Assembly (NCBI GenBank): GCA_037447605.1
Contig: CM074822.1
Span: 333,492-397,491 of the forward strand
DNA from: Zygnema circumcarinatum SAG 698-1b
Lineage: Eukaryota; Plantae; Zygnematophyceae
DNA length: 64,000 nt
Direction of reading: 5' to 3'
Shown here: in pieces, positions 35,262-59,195 of the stretch
How positions within the stretch are numbered: the stretch's first letter is position 1
Layout: every line of letters starts with the position of its first letter
Position numbers and translations under genes: made by a program
Notes under the pieces: generated by a model
Told to the model about the DNA's origin: nothing
Seen by the model: only the letters and a program-made list of their open reading frames with translations
Database searches by the model: none

Positions 35262-36104
35262 ACGAATCCATGAGCGGAACTTTGCTTGTGGGCCCAACAA
35301 GTTGTTTGGAACAACACGGCTCTAGAAGCAGCCGCCGCCGCGCCGCCCTAGGAACGTCCATGTTTTTGTTGACAACCCATTCCAAACATGCATGCATGCC
35401 TCACAACCAAAAACTTCCATTTTCCGCAAGGGTACGGAACCCCCCTGTAACCTGACAATCTCTTTCTTGTCGCATCTTGCACATTTTGGCAGTACGTGGT
35501 CGGGTCTGCCAGGCGGGGTCAGAACGTCCTACCTGCCGTATCCGACAAAAAACGACGTCACTTATACGCCACCAGACGACACGTGGTGTCGTCACCATCA
35601 ATTGGTTGGAGGCAAATTGAAACCTGCAGATTTTATATTCTAAAAATCGGTCGACGTTTTCCCGGCCAGCTTCAATGCACCGCGATGAAAACAAAGGGCA
35701 TTTAATGGATCGAATGGACGCGGGCGGCCGAGTTGTCGCTTTGAGCCGATACGCCGGCAATATGGCGATATTCCTGTCGTGCAATTTAACGACAACATCT
35801 GCCGCCCATTGAACTCTTGACGACTCGCTAGAGTAGGACAAACCCAGTGTCGGTGAGCTCCTGATTGGCTGGATTTTTTTTTTGCTGACACATTTGAATG
35901 GGATTAAAAGTATTTTTTTCCATCGTGGTCCTTAATATGGATCACTTATTTCTAAAATGATATTGAACGTCCAATCAGAATGCAGCGAATTGGATCTCGT
36001 GTTGGAAAATCTCATAAGAAAGATTGGCTCAAATTCAATGGCCCACAAACGCTTTCATTTTTGGGCCACATTTTCTTTTCTTGAAATAGATAGTGATTTT
36101 TTTT

Positions 36105-36806
36105 GGGGGCGACTATTTACAGTGTACGGATTCTGAATGTAGTGTACGATTTCTCCGGGCAGAAAAAAAAGGTTTTTTTTGCCGAAAAATGCTGTTTCAC
36201 ACTTTTCAGAAAAGATACAGACCTTTTATCGTCGGATGTACGGATGGTGATTTGAAATGTACGAAGCGCGCGCGTCTACAAGGTATAAGGGCGCAACACG
36301 TGGAGCGACATGATTGGCCGGGACAACATATGACGTGTCAAGTATGTTTGGGACCGTGACGTGACGAAACGAGACGCGACAAAAGTGGAGTCCGCGGACG
36401 GCAGTCGGAAATGGCGGGGATTAAAACTGACAGATTTTTCCTGAAACACGCTACGTTATGTGCCCTACCTTTTTCTGTCAGTTTTAATCCCCGCCATTTC
36501 CGACTGCCGTCCGCGGACTCCACTTTTGTCGCGTCTCGTTTCGTCACGTCACGGTCCCAAACATACTTGTCACGTCATATATTGGCCGCGACCAATCATG
36601 TCGCTCCACGTGTTGCGCGCCCTTATACCTTGTAGACGCGCGCGCTTCGTACATTTCAAATCACCATCCGTACATCCGACGATAAAAGGTCTGTATCTAT
36701 TCTGAAAAGTGTGAAACAGTATTTTTCGCCAAAAAAACCTTTTTTTTGCTGCCCGACGAAATCGTACACTACATTCAGAATCCGTACACTGTAAATAGTC
36801 GCCCCC
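36105..36806. mobile_element. Foldback / Mutator-like non-autonomous element (702 bp, almost entirely palindromic)
   Basis: Arms 36105-36434 and 36474-36806 are near-perfect reverse complements (GGGGGCGACTATTTACAGTG...CACTGTAAATAGTCGCCCCC) with a 39-nt loop. Flanked by T8 and T9 runs, compatible with an 8-9 bp TSD. Confidence 0.8.
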
Positions 36807-38389
36807 TTTTTTTTTGCTGACGCCAAAAAAAATTGCTGAATGAAAAGCGAGAAACCAATGGCCCAGGCGTACCGATATTGTCGTAATATCGAGATATCAT
36901 TGATAAAATACCGCGACGATGTCACAGTATCGGAATATTGACGATATCACTGTCGGATATCGGATAAAATATCGGAGTATCCTGCATATTGTTCAAAATA
37001 TCGCAGATATTATTGTCAGAATATCGCAAGCGATGTTTCTTGGACAGGGCGCTTCTGCGATCCAATAAGACAAAATCAGTACGGCCATTCATTTTGCTTG
37101 TCCTATTAGGACCTTATCCTGCCAACGGGTGGTCCCCGCTCCGCCTGCGACAGATCCGACAGACCTCCCCCGACCGAGTAACGACAAACGTCGGATCTTG
37201 TTCAAGTCCAACCTCGCAACTTCCACCAATCACGTGCCGCCTGCTGTCGCATGTCCACCAAAACGACAACACGTGATCGTCCGGAAACCGACACGTGAGG
37301 CCGCAATGAAGATCCGCCGCGATCTTCGGCGTGTCGGAATTATGAGAACGATCTGGTGGCCGAATCTGGGGAAGATTCGCAGAGATTCTGACATAGTGTC
37401 CGTACGAGTGGATCGGCTGACGTTTGTCGCCGCCCGCCACGTGGCGGTTTCCGGCAGGGCCCTGCGAGTGTGGCCCTTCGGCGGGCGTGCGGGTGCGGGA
37501 GGGAGGGGAGGGAAGGCCACCTGGCAGCAAGGGACTGGCAGGCCGCCGCCGGCGGGCGGGAGGGCGAGGGGGAGGGAGGAAGAGGTAGAGGGAGGGAGAG
37601 GGAGAGGGAGAGGAAGAGGGAGAGGGAGTAGGGGGGGTAGGGAGGGGGGGGAGGAAGGGGGGTGGTTGAGAGTGGAGGAGGGTGAGGGAGGGAAGGCTGA
37701 GGGAGGGGAGGATGAGAGGGAGGGGGAGGGTGCAGTGGTAGGTCGGGAGGGCGTGGGAGAGGGGAGAGGGAGAGGGAGAGTGAGGAGTGAGGGAGAGAGG
37801 GAGAGCGAGGGAGGGAGAGGGAGGGGGAGAGAGGGGGGAGGAAGAAGGGCGGAAGGTGTGTGGAGAAGGAGAGGAGGGAAAGGAGGTACGAGGGCGGGAG
37901 GGAGCGCCGAAGGAGGGAGAGAGAGAGAGGGAGAGAGGAGGAAGGGAGGGAGGGTTCAGGCGGACGGCTACCACAGAGACTTTGGCAGGTACTTGACACA
38001 AGGCAGATATGGGAGAGGCTGTGGAGGAGAGAGAGGATCGGGTGAGAGAGGGAGGGAGGGAGAGAGGGAGGGAGGGCATGTGTGAGGGAGGCGCATGATT
38101 GGATAGTCATCCGATTGGGTAACAAAGGCGGCAGCTTGATTGGAGGAGCGTTCAGGGGATTGCAGGAAAGGGAGGAGAGAGAGAAAGAGAGGGAGAGGAC
38201 GAGAGAGGGAGAGAGAGGGAGGGAAGGAGGGAGAGAAGGGAATGGAAAAGCAAGCACAGAGGAGGGAAGATGTGTGAGAGAAGAGAGGTATTCAGCCCTT
38301 TGTTCCTCTTTCCAACTTCTGCAGTTTCATCAGTTCCCTCCCTCTATATCCCTTTCCCTCCCCCTTCTCTCTCTCTCTGCCCTCTCATC

Positions 38390-50163
<11,774 letters not shown>

Positions 50164-50816
50164 AGCAGGGAAGGAGGGAGTTAGGGTTAAGGTTAGGGTT
50201 AGGGTTAGGGCTATGAAAGGCGGCAGGACATGGCTAGTAGAGAGAAGGATAGGCTAGCAACCATAGGAGGCGTGGAGTAGACATTTTCTTTGCTCGCACT
50301 TTGTGAGGGAGAGAGAAAGTTAGAGAGATGGAGGGAGAGGAAGAGGGAGAAATCGAAAGAGAGTAGAACAATTTATTCTCTATTTTGCAATAAAAAATTG
50401 AAACCTTGGTGTATTGTGTTGTTTTGGTTATCGTACAGCATAAACATAGTGAGCGGATCCCAGAGGCTTTCAGGTTTACAGCAATGCCAGTTTCCTCCTC
50501 AGATTATTTCTTTCACGCTGTCCATCTGCCTTTGAAGTCGTTGCTTGGAAGGTCCTGTGCATAGCATGACTCGTCGATGTCCTCGATATTCGCATGCATG
50601 CATGCATGCAATATTTTTTATGCTAACCATGCCATGCGATGCCATGCATTCACGGCTATGGCTTCCCATGACTGGAATGCCAAGGTCACTCTAACGGGAC
50701 ATCCTCTATGTGTCCGCCCTTTTGGACCGCCATGGCTGGCGGTCAGTGTGGGAAGCCTGCCCGATGCCAGCAGAGCTCGTCCATATATCCAACAGCTGCA
50801 AGCAGCAGCAGCAGCA

Positions 50817-50870
<54 letters not shown>

Positions 50871-51828
50871 GGAAAGCCGCCGGCGGCTTTCCCTCTCGTC
50901 AGATCGACGGCTGACGGCCGTCAGCTCCGTCAGTGGCCACACTGACGCCACGTTTCAAGATGTGATTCGAATCGCTCAACACGTGCTTGTCGTGCTAACA
51001 CCGATACGACGATATATCGAGATATCAGTATTCGATATCAGCATTGGCCCTCTTGACGAAAGTTAGGTGCTCCAAAGCTAAAGCTTTAGGATTTAAAACA
51101 GTGGTTGGTTTCCCTCCCATTGTGTTTTGCTTCTTGCTTTGTTCTAATTTGATTTTTTTTAATTTCGTTTCGTTATTTTTTGGGTTTGTTGTTTCTTTCG
51201 CTCCATTGTTATTCTAAGCACTGGGTCTTTCTGTCCCTTTAGGAAGAGCCGTCACCGAAAGGTAAAAAAAAGGGAGCAATCAGAAGCGTTTTTGGTTTGT
51301 GTCCCTTGTTGGACATTGACGGGTGGGCCATCGCAAGTGATTTTTAACAAAGTTTTACTTTTTTTCATAGGTCTCAATCCTAGACGTGAACTCCCAACAT
51401 TGCCATACTCCATTGTCAACATCAGGTTGCTCTCAACATTGTTTTTTAGGGTTTTACCGACCTATGCTGTACCAATGCAAACATCACAATCACATGCTAT
51501 GACGGTGATGTCTTCACCACCATGCATACATCAGTAACATCATCATCGTCATCATCATCATCATCATCATCTTGACATGCATGAAGAAATGGAAGAACTT
51601 CGACAATGGATACTCTCCGACATGAAATTGAGAACGTGCTTTCTTGGTTATGTACTAAACCTGTACATACAGTCTTTACATAAGCAAGGTCCCTATACCT
51701 AATAGAAACCCCACGTTGACATTCTTAGGGATTCATTCTTCCCAAAACCCCAACACAGTAAAAACCCAAAGTCGTCTACTATCTCTAACACTGATACTAA
51801 CCCTAACCCTAATATCCCATCGGCCATG

Positions 51829-54800
51829 TCAGCGTCTCCTTGCATGAGGTGACCCAGCCCCATTGCCTCCTCCCCCTCCCCCTCCTCCTCCTCCTCCCCC
51901 TCCTCCCCCACCTCCCCCTCCTCCTCCCCCTCCCCCTCCCCCTCCCTTACCTTCTGCAGCACCTCCCACCTCCCCTCCCCCTCCCCCTCCACCCCCTCTC
52001 CCTGAAGGAGACTCTGTCTTCTTCTGCCTCCCCACCATTGGCTGCCTCTTCTTCCCTCCCCCCACCCCCTTCTCTATAGAAACACCCCCCCCCTCTCTGT
52101 TTGAAGATGCCAAGTTTTGGGCCAATAGGGGCTGCAGCTCATTCAGCTGTTTTTGCAATTGGGGTTTCTTCTGAGGTTTAAGTTGCTGTTGAAGTTTTTG
52201 CTGCTCCAATAGGAGGCGGGCGGCAAGGAGCTGCTGCTGACCTGGCATTGACGTGTCGGAACCGACCGCTCTGATTGGCTGCTGCTGCTGACTTGGCCTC
52301 TCAGTGACCTTTGTGACGTGACGCTGAAACCGCCAAAGCAGTCTGAACAGGGCTCAGTTGCGAGCCCAAAAAAATTCACAACATGGGATAGACCCGGTGA
52401 AGAAGGACCCTAAAAACCCTAAAACCCTAAAAACCCTAAAACCCTAAAAACCCTAGAAACACAGTTTTGGAGTTTTTTTTACATATGGGAAGGAATGGTG
52501 GCTCTAGGGAGGACAACATTGTGACCAATTGACCAATTGCCAAAGTTGGTCAACAAGCTTAGTCAGTCAGATGGCTAAGTCGGCCTTCCCTTCTATTGAA
52601 CAAGTGTGTGCACAAGGTTATGAACACTCGACAACATTACAATGTCGTTCAATCAACACGTGTATGAGTATCCAATCACAACATTACGCAACATGGAACA
52701 GGACCTCGATTGCGTTCGGTGGTGCTACTACATCTGTGTGAAAGAATGAAGTTTTCAAAAACTTAGCTTTGCAGATTTCACAACTGAAGTTCAGGAACTG
52801 TCTAGGAGTTCCAACAGTGAGTGTTCCATGTGCAGTTTACTTTCCATAGAACAGCGAGAGAGAGAGAGAGAGAGGAGAAAGAGGCGAGAGAGAGAGAGGA
52901 AGAGAGAGAGAGAGAGAGAGAGAGGAAGAGAGAGAAAGAGAGAGAGAGAGAGGAAGAGAGAGGGAAAGAGAGAGAACGAGAGAGAGAGAGAGCGAGAGAG
53001 AGAGAGAGAGGAAGAGAGAGAGATAGAGAGAGAGAGAGAGAAAACAGAAATCCGAACAACCATGATCACCCAAATCATGAAAAAAACACAAAAGAAGGCG
53101 TTTGCTGCCTCACCGCTTGCTGTCGTGGCGACACGTGTCCTATTGAAGCCTGCTGTGATTGGAGAGTCTGCAAGGAGTCCACGTGGGGAGCCAGGATTGC
53201 GCCACCTGGCGGACTGGCGTCCATAGATTCTCCGCCATTTGCTGCCGGCGAATGGCCCGGCGCCACGTGGCGTGCTGACTTCACATCACTCGTCAGATAT
53301 CGCTGGAGGTCTTCCATGGAACTGAACAGCAATTGACAACACATGGAAACGGCAAACTGAAACTGAACTAAAAATGTTGACAGATTTGGCTTGAACAGCA
53401 GCAGCAGTTCTATGTGAGATGAAAAGAAAAAAGGTGTTTCAAAGCTACTTTTGTTACAAAAGGTTTTTAGGGTTTTTAGGGTTTTTAGGGTTTTTTTTGC
53501 AAAAGGAAAGGATTGGTAATGAAGGTGACTAACCATCCTCCTCCACTCTCTAAGCAGATAGAGAGCAACTCCTCCTGCATGCATTCTCTCCCACAGCGGT
53601 CCACCAATAGACGGAGAGAGTTTCCCAGCTTATTCATATACCCCTTTATTAAATCAGTCATCATATCTACTGCACTTCCCTTTACCCCTTCAAACCCTAA
53701 TTGCAGAGCAATCTTCACTACCCCCTCTCGTACTCTCTTCTCTACTCTGCTCCAATTCATTCCTCTCCTTCTCTCATCTTGAAGGGCAACCCCTTTCTTG
53801 CTCTCCCCCATATCTGAGAAAGGTTGAGCTATAAACCCTCCTGAAGGGTTTAAGGGAATTCCTTCTTCAGTAGACCCAAAAACCCTTTCTATGTATCCCA
53901 TTTTGGGCACAAATTTGGGTAAGCAGTTTGCAGGAAACTGAATTTCCGGAAAGAACCAATCAGAGCTTGCCAGCTCAGCTCCTTCACTCCAGTTGCCACT
54001 CGTTCTCCTCTCTCCTCCACTCTCTCCTCTCTCTCCTCCTCTCTCCTCCTCAACTCCTCTCGCAGATTTCTTCAAATACCTACCAGAAGCAACCAAAGTC
54101 CCCTCTCCCTCCCCTCTCCCACTCACTACCACCCCTTCCTTACTGCCCCTATTTGCTTCCTCCTCCAACACAGGGTTCAACCTTCGCCTTCTCGACCTAT
54201 CAGCTGCTGCCACGTAGGCAGCCATACCCTCCGCACTCCTTACTATTGCTTTCTGTTCTTTAAATGGAAGCTTCTTTTGAGCTATTCTCTCAGCCAATCT
54301 CTGCATCCGCTGCATTCTACTCCCTCTCACCCATGATTCATATCGAGATTCGCTCTCAGAAAGAAAATTTTGAGATTTTGAGGTTTCTATGTTGGGGTTT
54401 AGGGTTGCAGTTTCGGTGGGTTGCCAAGCTTGAGAAGGTTCCCTCTCTCTCCCCCCTCCCTCCCTCCCTCCCTCCTTCTCTCCCTCCCTCCCTCCCTCCT
54501 TCCCTCCCTCCCTCCCTCCCTCTGCTCTCTGCTTTTCAGATAATTCCCCCTCCAATCCTTTTCCAGGATGCCCCCCTATAATATCCAGGAATCCGGAAAA
54601 AAGGCTTTTTTCAGACTCTTGAGTTGACCCCTCCTGTAAAAATTCCATTTGCAGAAAAATGTGGTAAGAGATATAGGGTGGGTATAAACGATAAACGATG
54701 CATAAAAAAAAAAAAAAAAAAAAAAAAGAGGAATGAAAAGGGAAAGACAATCGCAATAAATGGCCTTTTTTCTGATTATTATCACTCTCCAAAAAATTGA

Positions 54801-57800
54801 AAGAAGACTAAAGATGTACTCACCAATAAGTTTGTACCTACCACGTCAGCAGAATGCAGAGAAGTGCCACGTGTCAGCGCCTCAATGGTTGCTTTGGAAA
54901 TGTCAATGTCAGGTACAGTTGCTAGAAGACGAGCAGCCGTCGTTTGAAAGAGTGCCACGTGGCGGGTGGTGATTGGGCTCTGCAGAACAATTTAAAATAT
55001 GTGTTTTTTGAATCAAGAGCTTATCAAGTTCTCTTTCAAACTTTGAAATCTTCAAAGATCTTCTAAATTTTCTCAGCATTTGACAAAAAAAAATGAAATT
55101 TTTTCTTCTTGGAAAGGAGTAAGCAGCACCTTTTCCTTCATTGTCCGGGAATGTGTCACTATAAGATCAATGTCTGCTTGAAATTCGCGTTTGCTGCTGT
55201 ACCTGAAATGCACATTCTCATGGGAGATAGAAAAAAGTTGAAGACAGGCATGATGGGATATGAATATATACATTCAGAAAGAAGGCGGAGAGAGAGAGAG
55301 AGAGGGAGAGAGAGAGGGAGAGAGGGAGAGAGGGAGAGGGGGAGAGGGGGAGAGGGGGAGAGAGGGAGAGGGAGAGAGGGAGAGAGGGAGAGAGGGAGAG
55401 AGGGAGAGAGGGAGAGAGGGAGGAGGGAGAGAGGGAGAGGGAGAGAGGGAGAGAGGGAGAGAGGGAGGAGGGAGAGAGGGAGAGAGGGAGAGAGGGAGAG
55501 AGGGAGAGAGGGAGAGAGGGAGAGAGGGAGAGAGGGAGAGAGGGAGAGAGGGAGAGAGGGAGAGAGAGAGAAAGAGAGGGGGGAGGGGGAGAGCGAGAGA
55601 GAGTGAGGAAAAAGGAAATTCCATTTTCAAGAAAATTTAGAGTGAGGAAGGTTTCCATATACCATAGTTTTTGTACATAAAATTGATATTATAAATTAAG
55701 CACCGAAAAGGGGACTCCGTTTAGCAAGTCAGTGATATCAACGTTCGTACAAAAAGCAAGTAAACTTTACGATTATTATAACAGCCTGAAAGTTCTTTTG
55801 AACAAGTCGCAGGATTCAAACTGAAACAGTCCCATTGTTTGATTTAGAGTATAGAACTGAATGAGCACAAATGAGAGATTCATATGTAAACGTAGTAACT
55901 TCGAAAATAAAGATTACGTATCTCAAAAAAATAAAATCAAGTCAAAATACTGTCAATAATTTGCCCAAAGTGGAATCTTTCAGCTCATCTTTCTTTTTTG
56001 AATATTGCTTTCAAATAAGATGGTGAACAGATACTTTGAAGATATATACTCTCCAATACTGCAAGAAAGAATGGAAAGGAGAAATAATAACATAATAAAT
56101 AAATAATAACAATAGGAACCCCAACTCACTCACTTTCCACTTTGCAGTTTTTTCGATATTGTCGCTATATCCATTGGCTGCTTTACAGCTGCATCAAGCT
56201 CCCCCCAATCAGCAGCTGCCACGTCAGCACCGCCTGCAACGCCTGCAACAGGCCTAGAAAGTAGAGCGAATAAACGAAATTTCTTTTGATGTTGACATGA
56301 AATGAAGAATGCTTTACCGAGTATATGAACTACTATATGAACTATTATATGAACTATATTTGAACTATTATATGAACTATATATGAACTAGTACTACTAT
56401 ATATCTATATATCTATGTATATATATATATATATATATAGATATGTAGTAAAGAGGACACCTTGATTGTGCTCCGAAACATTCCCCTTCTTTCCTCGTTG
56501 CAGAAATGGTTCAACAACTTCCTGTCCTCCCTCTCCCTCCCTAACTTTCTGAGAATTCCACGTTGAAATAGGACCTTAAAAACCATAACGAGAAAGCGAT
56601 TAGGAGGAGAGAGTGAGGGAGAGGGAGGGATGGGAGAGGAGACGAAAGGCAGCGGAGCAGAGAGAGAGAGTGGGAGAGACCTGGAAATTTCACAAATGCA
56701 GATTGCATAGCCCCTCCCTTGTGAAACTTTGAGTAAGAATTCAATGTTGCCAAAAAAAAAAAAAAAATTTGAAGGAAATATGTTCCACCTAAACAGACTT
56801 TCAAGAGCGTTTCTTCCCATTCTTGCTTTGAGGGATCTGCTCAGTTTCTAAGCCTTAAAACAGTCGCTGTAAAGGATCTGGTGAGGGTGGTATAGAGGAT
56901 GGAATTAGGTTAAGCGCACACCCCCAAGCCTCTGAGCCCCGCGAGGACTCTCTCAAAAGCGCCATTCAGCTCGGCCTGTCAAAATCGCAGCAATGGAAAC
57001 ACGTTAGAAAACTATTGAATATGAAACATTAGGGTACAGTACAGTTAAGTACCCTAAAAACCCTGAAAATCCTAAAAATCCTAAAACCCATTAGGGTACA
57101 GTACAGTTAAGTACCCTAAAAACCCTGAAAATCCTAAAAATCCTAAAACCCATTAGGGTACAGTACAGTTAAGTACCCTAAAAACCCTAAAACCCCTAAA
57201 AACCCATTAGGGTACTGTACTGTACTGTACTGTAAGGTTGAGTTAACACAGGTTAAGTAGTTCATGGGTCAATATGAAGAGTGTCAACTTTCAATAAATG
57301 GAATCTTTCCTTTTCATAAGCATCTCCCTATTGCTGGTTCGTTCAAGCTCTGCATTCCTGCGATTAAAAAGTCTAGAACCTTTGAAAGCTGCATAATTAA
57401 ACAAAGCGTAACAGAATCGTTCATTTTTTACGTGAAAGGCATATATATTGCACTGTTAATTGCAAGAACCAAAATAGTCACAAAATGTGAGAGTAGATCA
57501 GAAATTGAAGACAAGACCCAGCAGTAATTTGGCTATAAGTGAAGCAAGAGCGGCAGAGAGGAGGTATGGGAATGAGGCCACGGTGGACGAAAGGACATAG
57601 CGAGGAGAAGTCGTGGAGTAGCAAGGAGAGGAGGGAGAGGAAGGGGGAGAGAGAAAGGGAGAAGGAGGGCGAGAGAGAAAGGGAGAGGGAGGGGGAGAGG
57701 GAAAGGGAGAGGGAGGGCGAGAGAGAAAGGGAGAGGGAGGGAGATTGAGAAAGGGAGAGGGAGGGGGAGAGAGAAAGGGAGAGGGAGGGCGAGAGAGAAA

Positions 57801-58801
57801 GGGAGAGGGAGAGGGAGAGAGAAAGGGAGAGGGAGGGAGAGAGAGAAAGGGAAAAGGGAGAAATGGAGCGGAAGGGCGAGGAGAGTAGAAGAACCCCATG
57901 GGAGCAGGCAACCAATCTCATACCATTTTCTGCAGAGCTGCCAAAGCCGATGAGTCAAGGGACTGCAAGTGATGCAGGTCCTCTGCGTCGTGCTCAAGGG
58001 AGAAGTAGACGTCATCAGGGCCAATGGACGAAGTTAACATGCCGGCTGTGCATTGACAACAATCGCCAAGAGAATAAAAAGAAAGAAAGAATGAATGAAT
58101 GAGTGAATCAGTTGAATGCGTGTGTGTGTTTGGCTCCATATTAGAGCAGTTTAGCCCTTTAGAAAGTGGTTTTGAAAGTACTTCTCATGCGCATGAAACG
58201 CATTGTGCTTCTATGTGTTAGGGTAAAACAATGACCAGGTCGAGTGCCACAAGGATAGACCCCATACATTCTAGCGAGATTAAAGAGTGAACAAAAAATT
58301 TAACAAGCAGACTGCATATAGAAGGCGAGCGCTGAGAGGCGTAAAATGAGAAAGACAAGCCGTGGTAGCGAAGAGGGAGCGGGAGAGGGAGAAGGAAGTG
58401 AAGCGTCAGAGGTAGAAAAAGCAGGAAATAAGGAAATCAAGAAGAAGAAGAAGAAGAAAACAAAGGAGAAGTCCTCCTCCAGCTCCCCGCCCTTTCGACT
58501 CACCTGCGCTGCCTCCCTCTCCCTCCAGAGACGCAACGGCGACATGGAAGAGCAGGGACCGCACACGCAGCTGCAGCCGCACCTCCTCCTCCCCCTCCTC
58601 CCCCCTCTCCCCCTCTCTCCCTCCCCCTTCTCCTCCCGCCATAAGAGTCGCCCAAGCCGCCTCGCCAGCAAGGAAGGGCGCAAGGCGAGCAGCCTCCCGG
58701 GGACCGAGCCATCGCCTCCACGTGGCAGTCTTCTCGAGTTCCAGCGCCAGCGCGTAGCCATGGCCGGAGGCGAGAGGCTCCAAGAGGGCCGCCATGGCCA
58801 T
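51829..58801 (-). CDS. AT5G65540-like protein with Bromo_TP histone-fold domain (SPT7/SUPT7L-like, probable SAGA-type subunit), multi-exon
   Basis: Motifs I recall from this plant family: GYALALELEKTATWRRWLG..RLQLRVRSLLF (58490-58801), GPDDVYFSLE (57920-58040), RSAEGMAAY..RRRR, and LGFEG..AVDMMTD..KLGNSLRLLVD..C..EELL..L (53525-53740), spliced to SMEDLQRYL. Gln/Gly-rich last exon ends at 51829. Several internal exons were not mapped. Confidence 0.78.
57027..57235. repeat. 62-bp tandem repeat (~3.3 copies) with an internal hairpin and telobox-like units, intronic
   Basis: Units start at 57027, 57089, 57151 and 57205; each full unit contains TTAGGGTAC-N11-GTACCCTAA. Confidence 0.88.
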
Positions 58802-59195
58802 GGCGGAAGGAGGCGAGCTAACCCTAACGGACATAGAACGCTCCGTTTGGACCAGTTTGTCTGTGCGCTTACCGCTAGAGTTACGGTAAGGGGCACATTC
58901 CAGTTTATAAAGAAAACGTACTTTGCAACTTTGTCTCTAAGCTCAACTTCGCAGAACAATGTACTTGTTTCGAATATTTCGACGGGCCTTTCGGTTATGA
59001 CTTATCGTACGTGTAAGATACACGTGGCATTTTGTGATTGGTTTAAGTTCCAATGACCACTGGCACGTGTGAATGACACGTGATGCTCGCCATTGGGTTG
59101 CGCGACCTCATATTGAAAGAAAGGCCCTTGGCTGCATATTCTCTTTCTCTCTCTCAGAGCGAGGCAGGAGGGAGGAGGCCCTGAAGGTGGTAGCC
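58802..59195. promoter_or_regulatory. Bidirectional promoter region with three G-boxes
   Basis: 394 bp between divergent start codons; CACGTG at 59021, 59064 and 59077. Confidence 0.6.

Noticed and set aside
52407-52456. Chromosome end or true telomere
   Set aside because: Short, degenerate, interstitial and intronic CCCTAAAA(A) arrays flanked by genes on both sides.
56413-56820. Independent 135-aa minus-strand gene
   Set aside because: It lies inside the AT5G65540-like gene span and is partly SSR. At most it contains an unmapped exon of that gene.
57027-57235. CRISPR array (palindromic repeat with regular period)
   Set aside because: The intervening sequences are identical telobox-like repeats rather than unique spacers, and the location is a eukaryotic intron.
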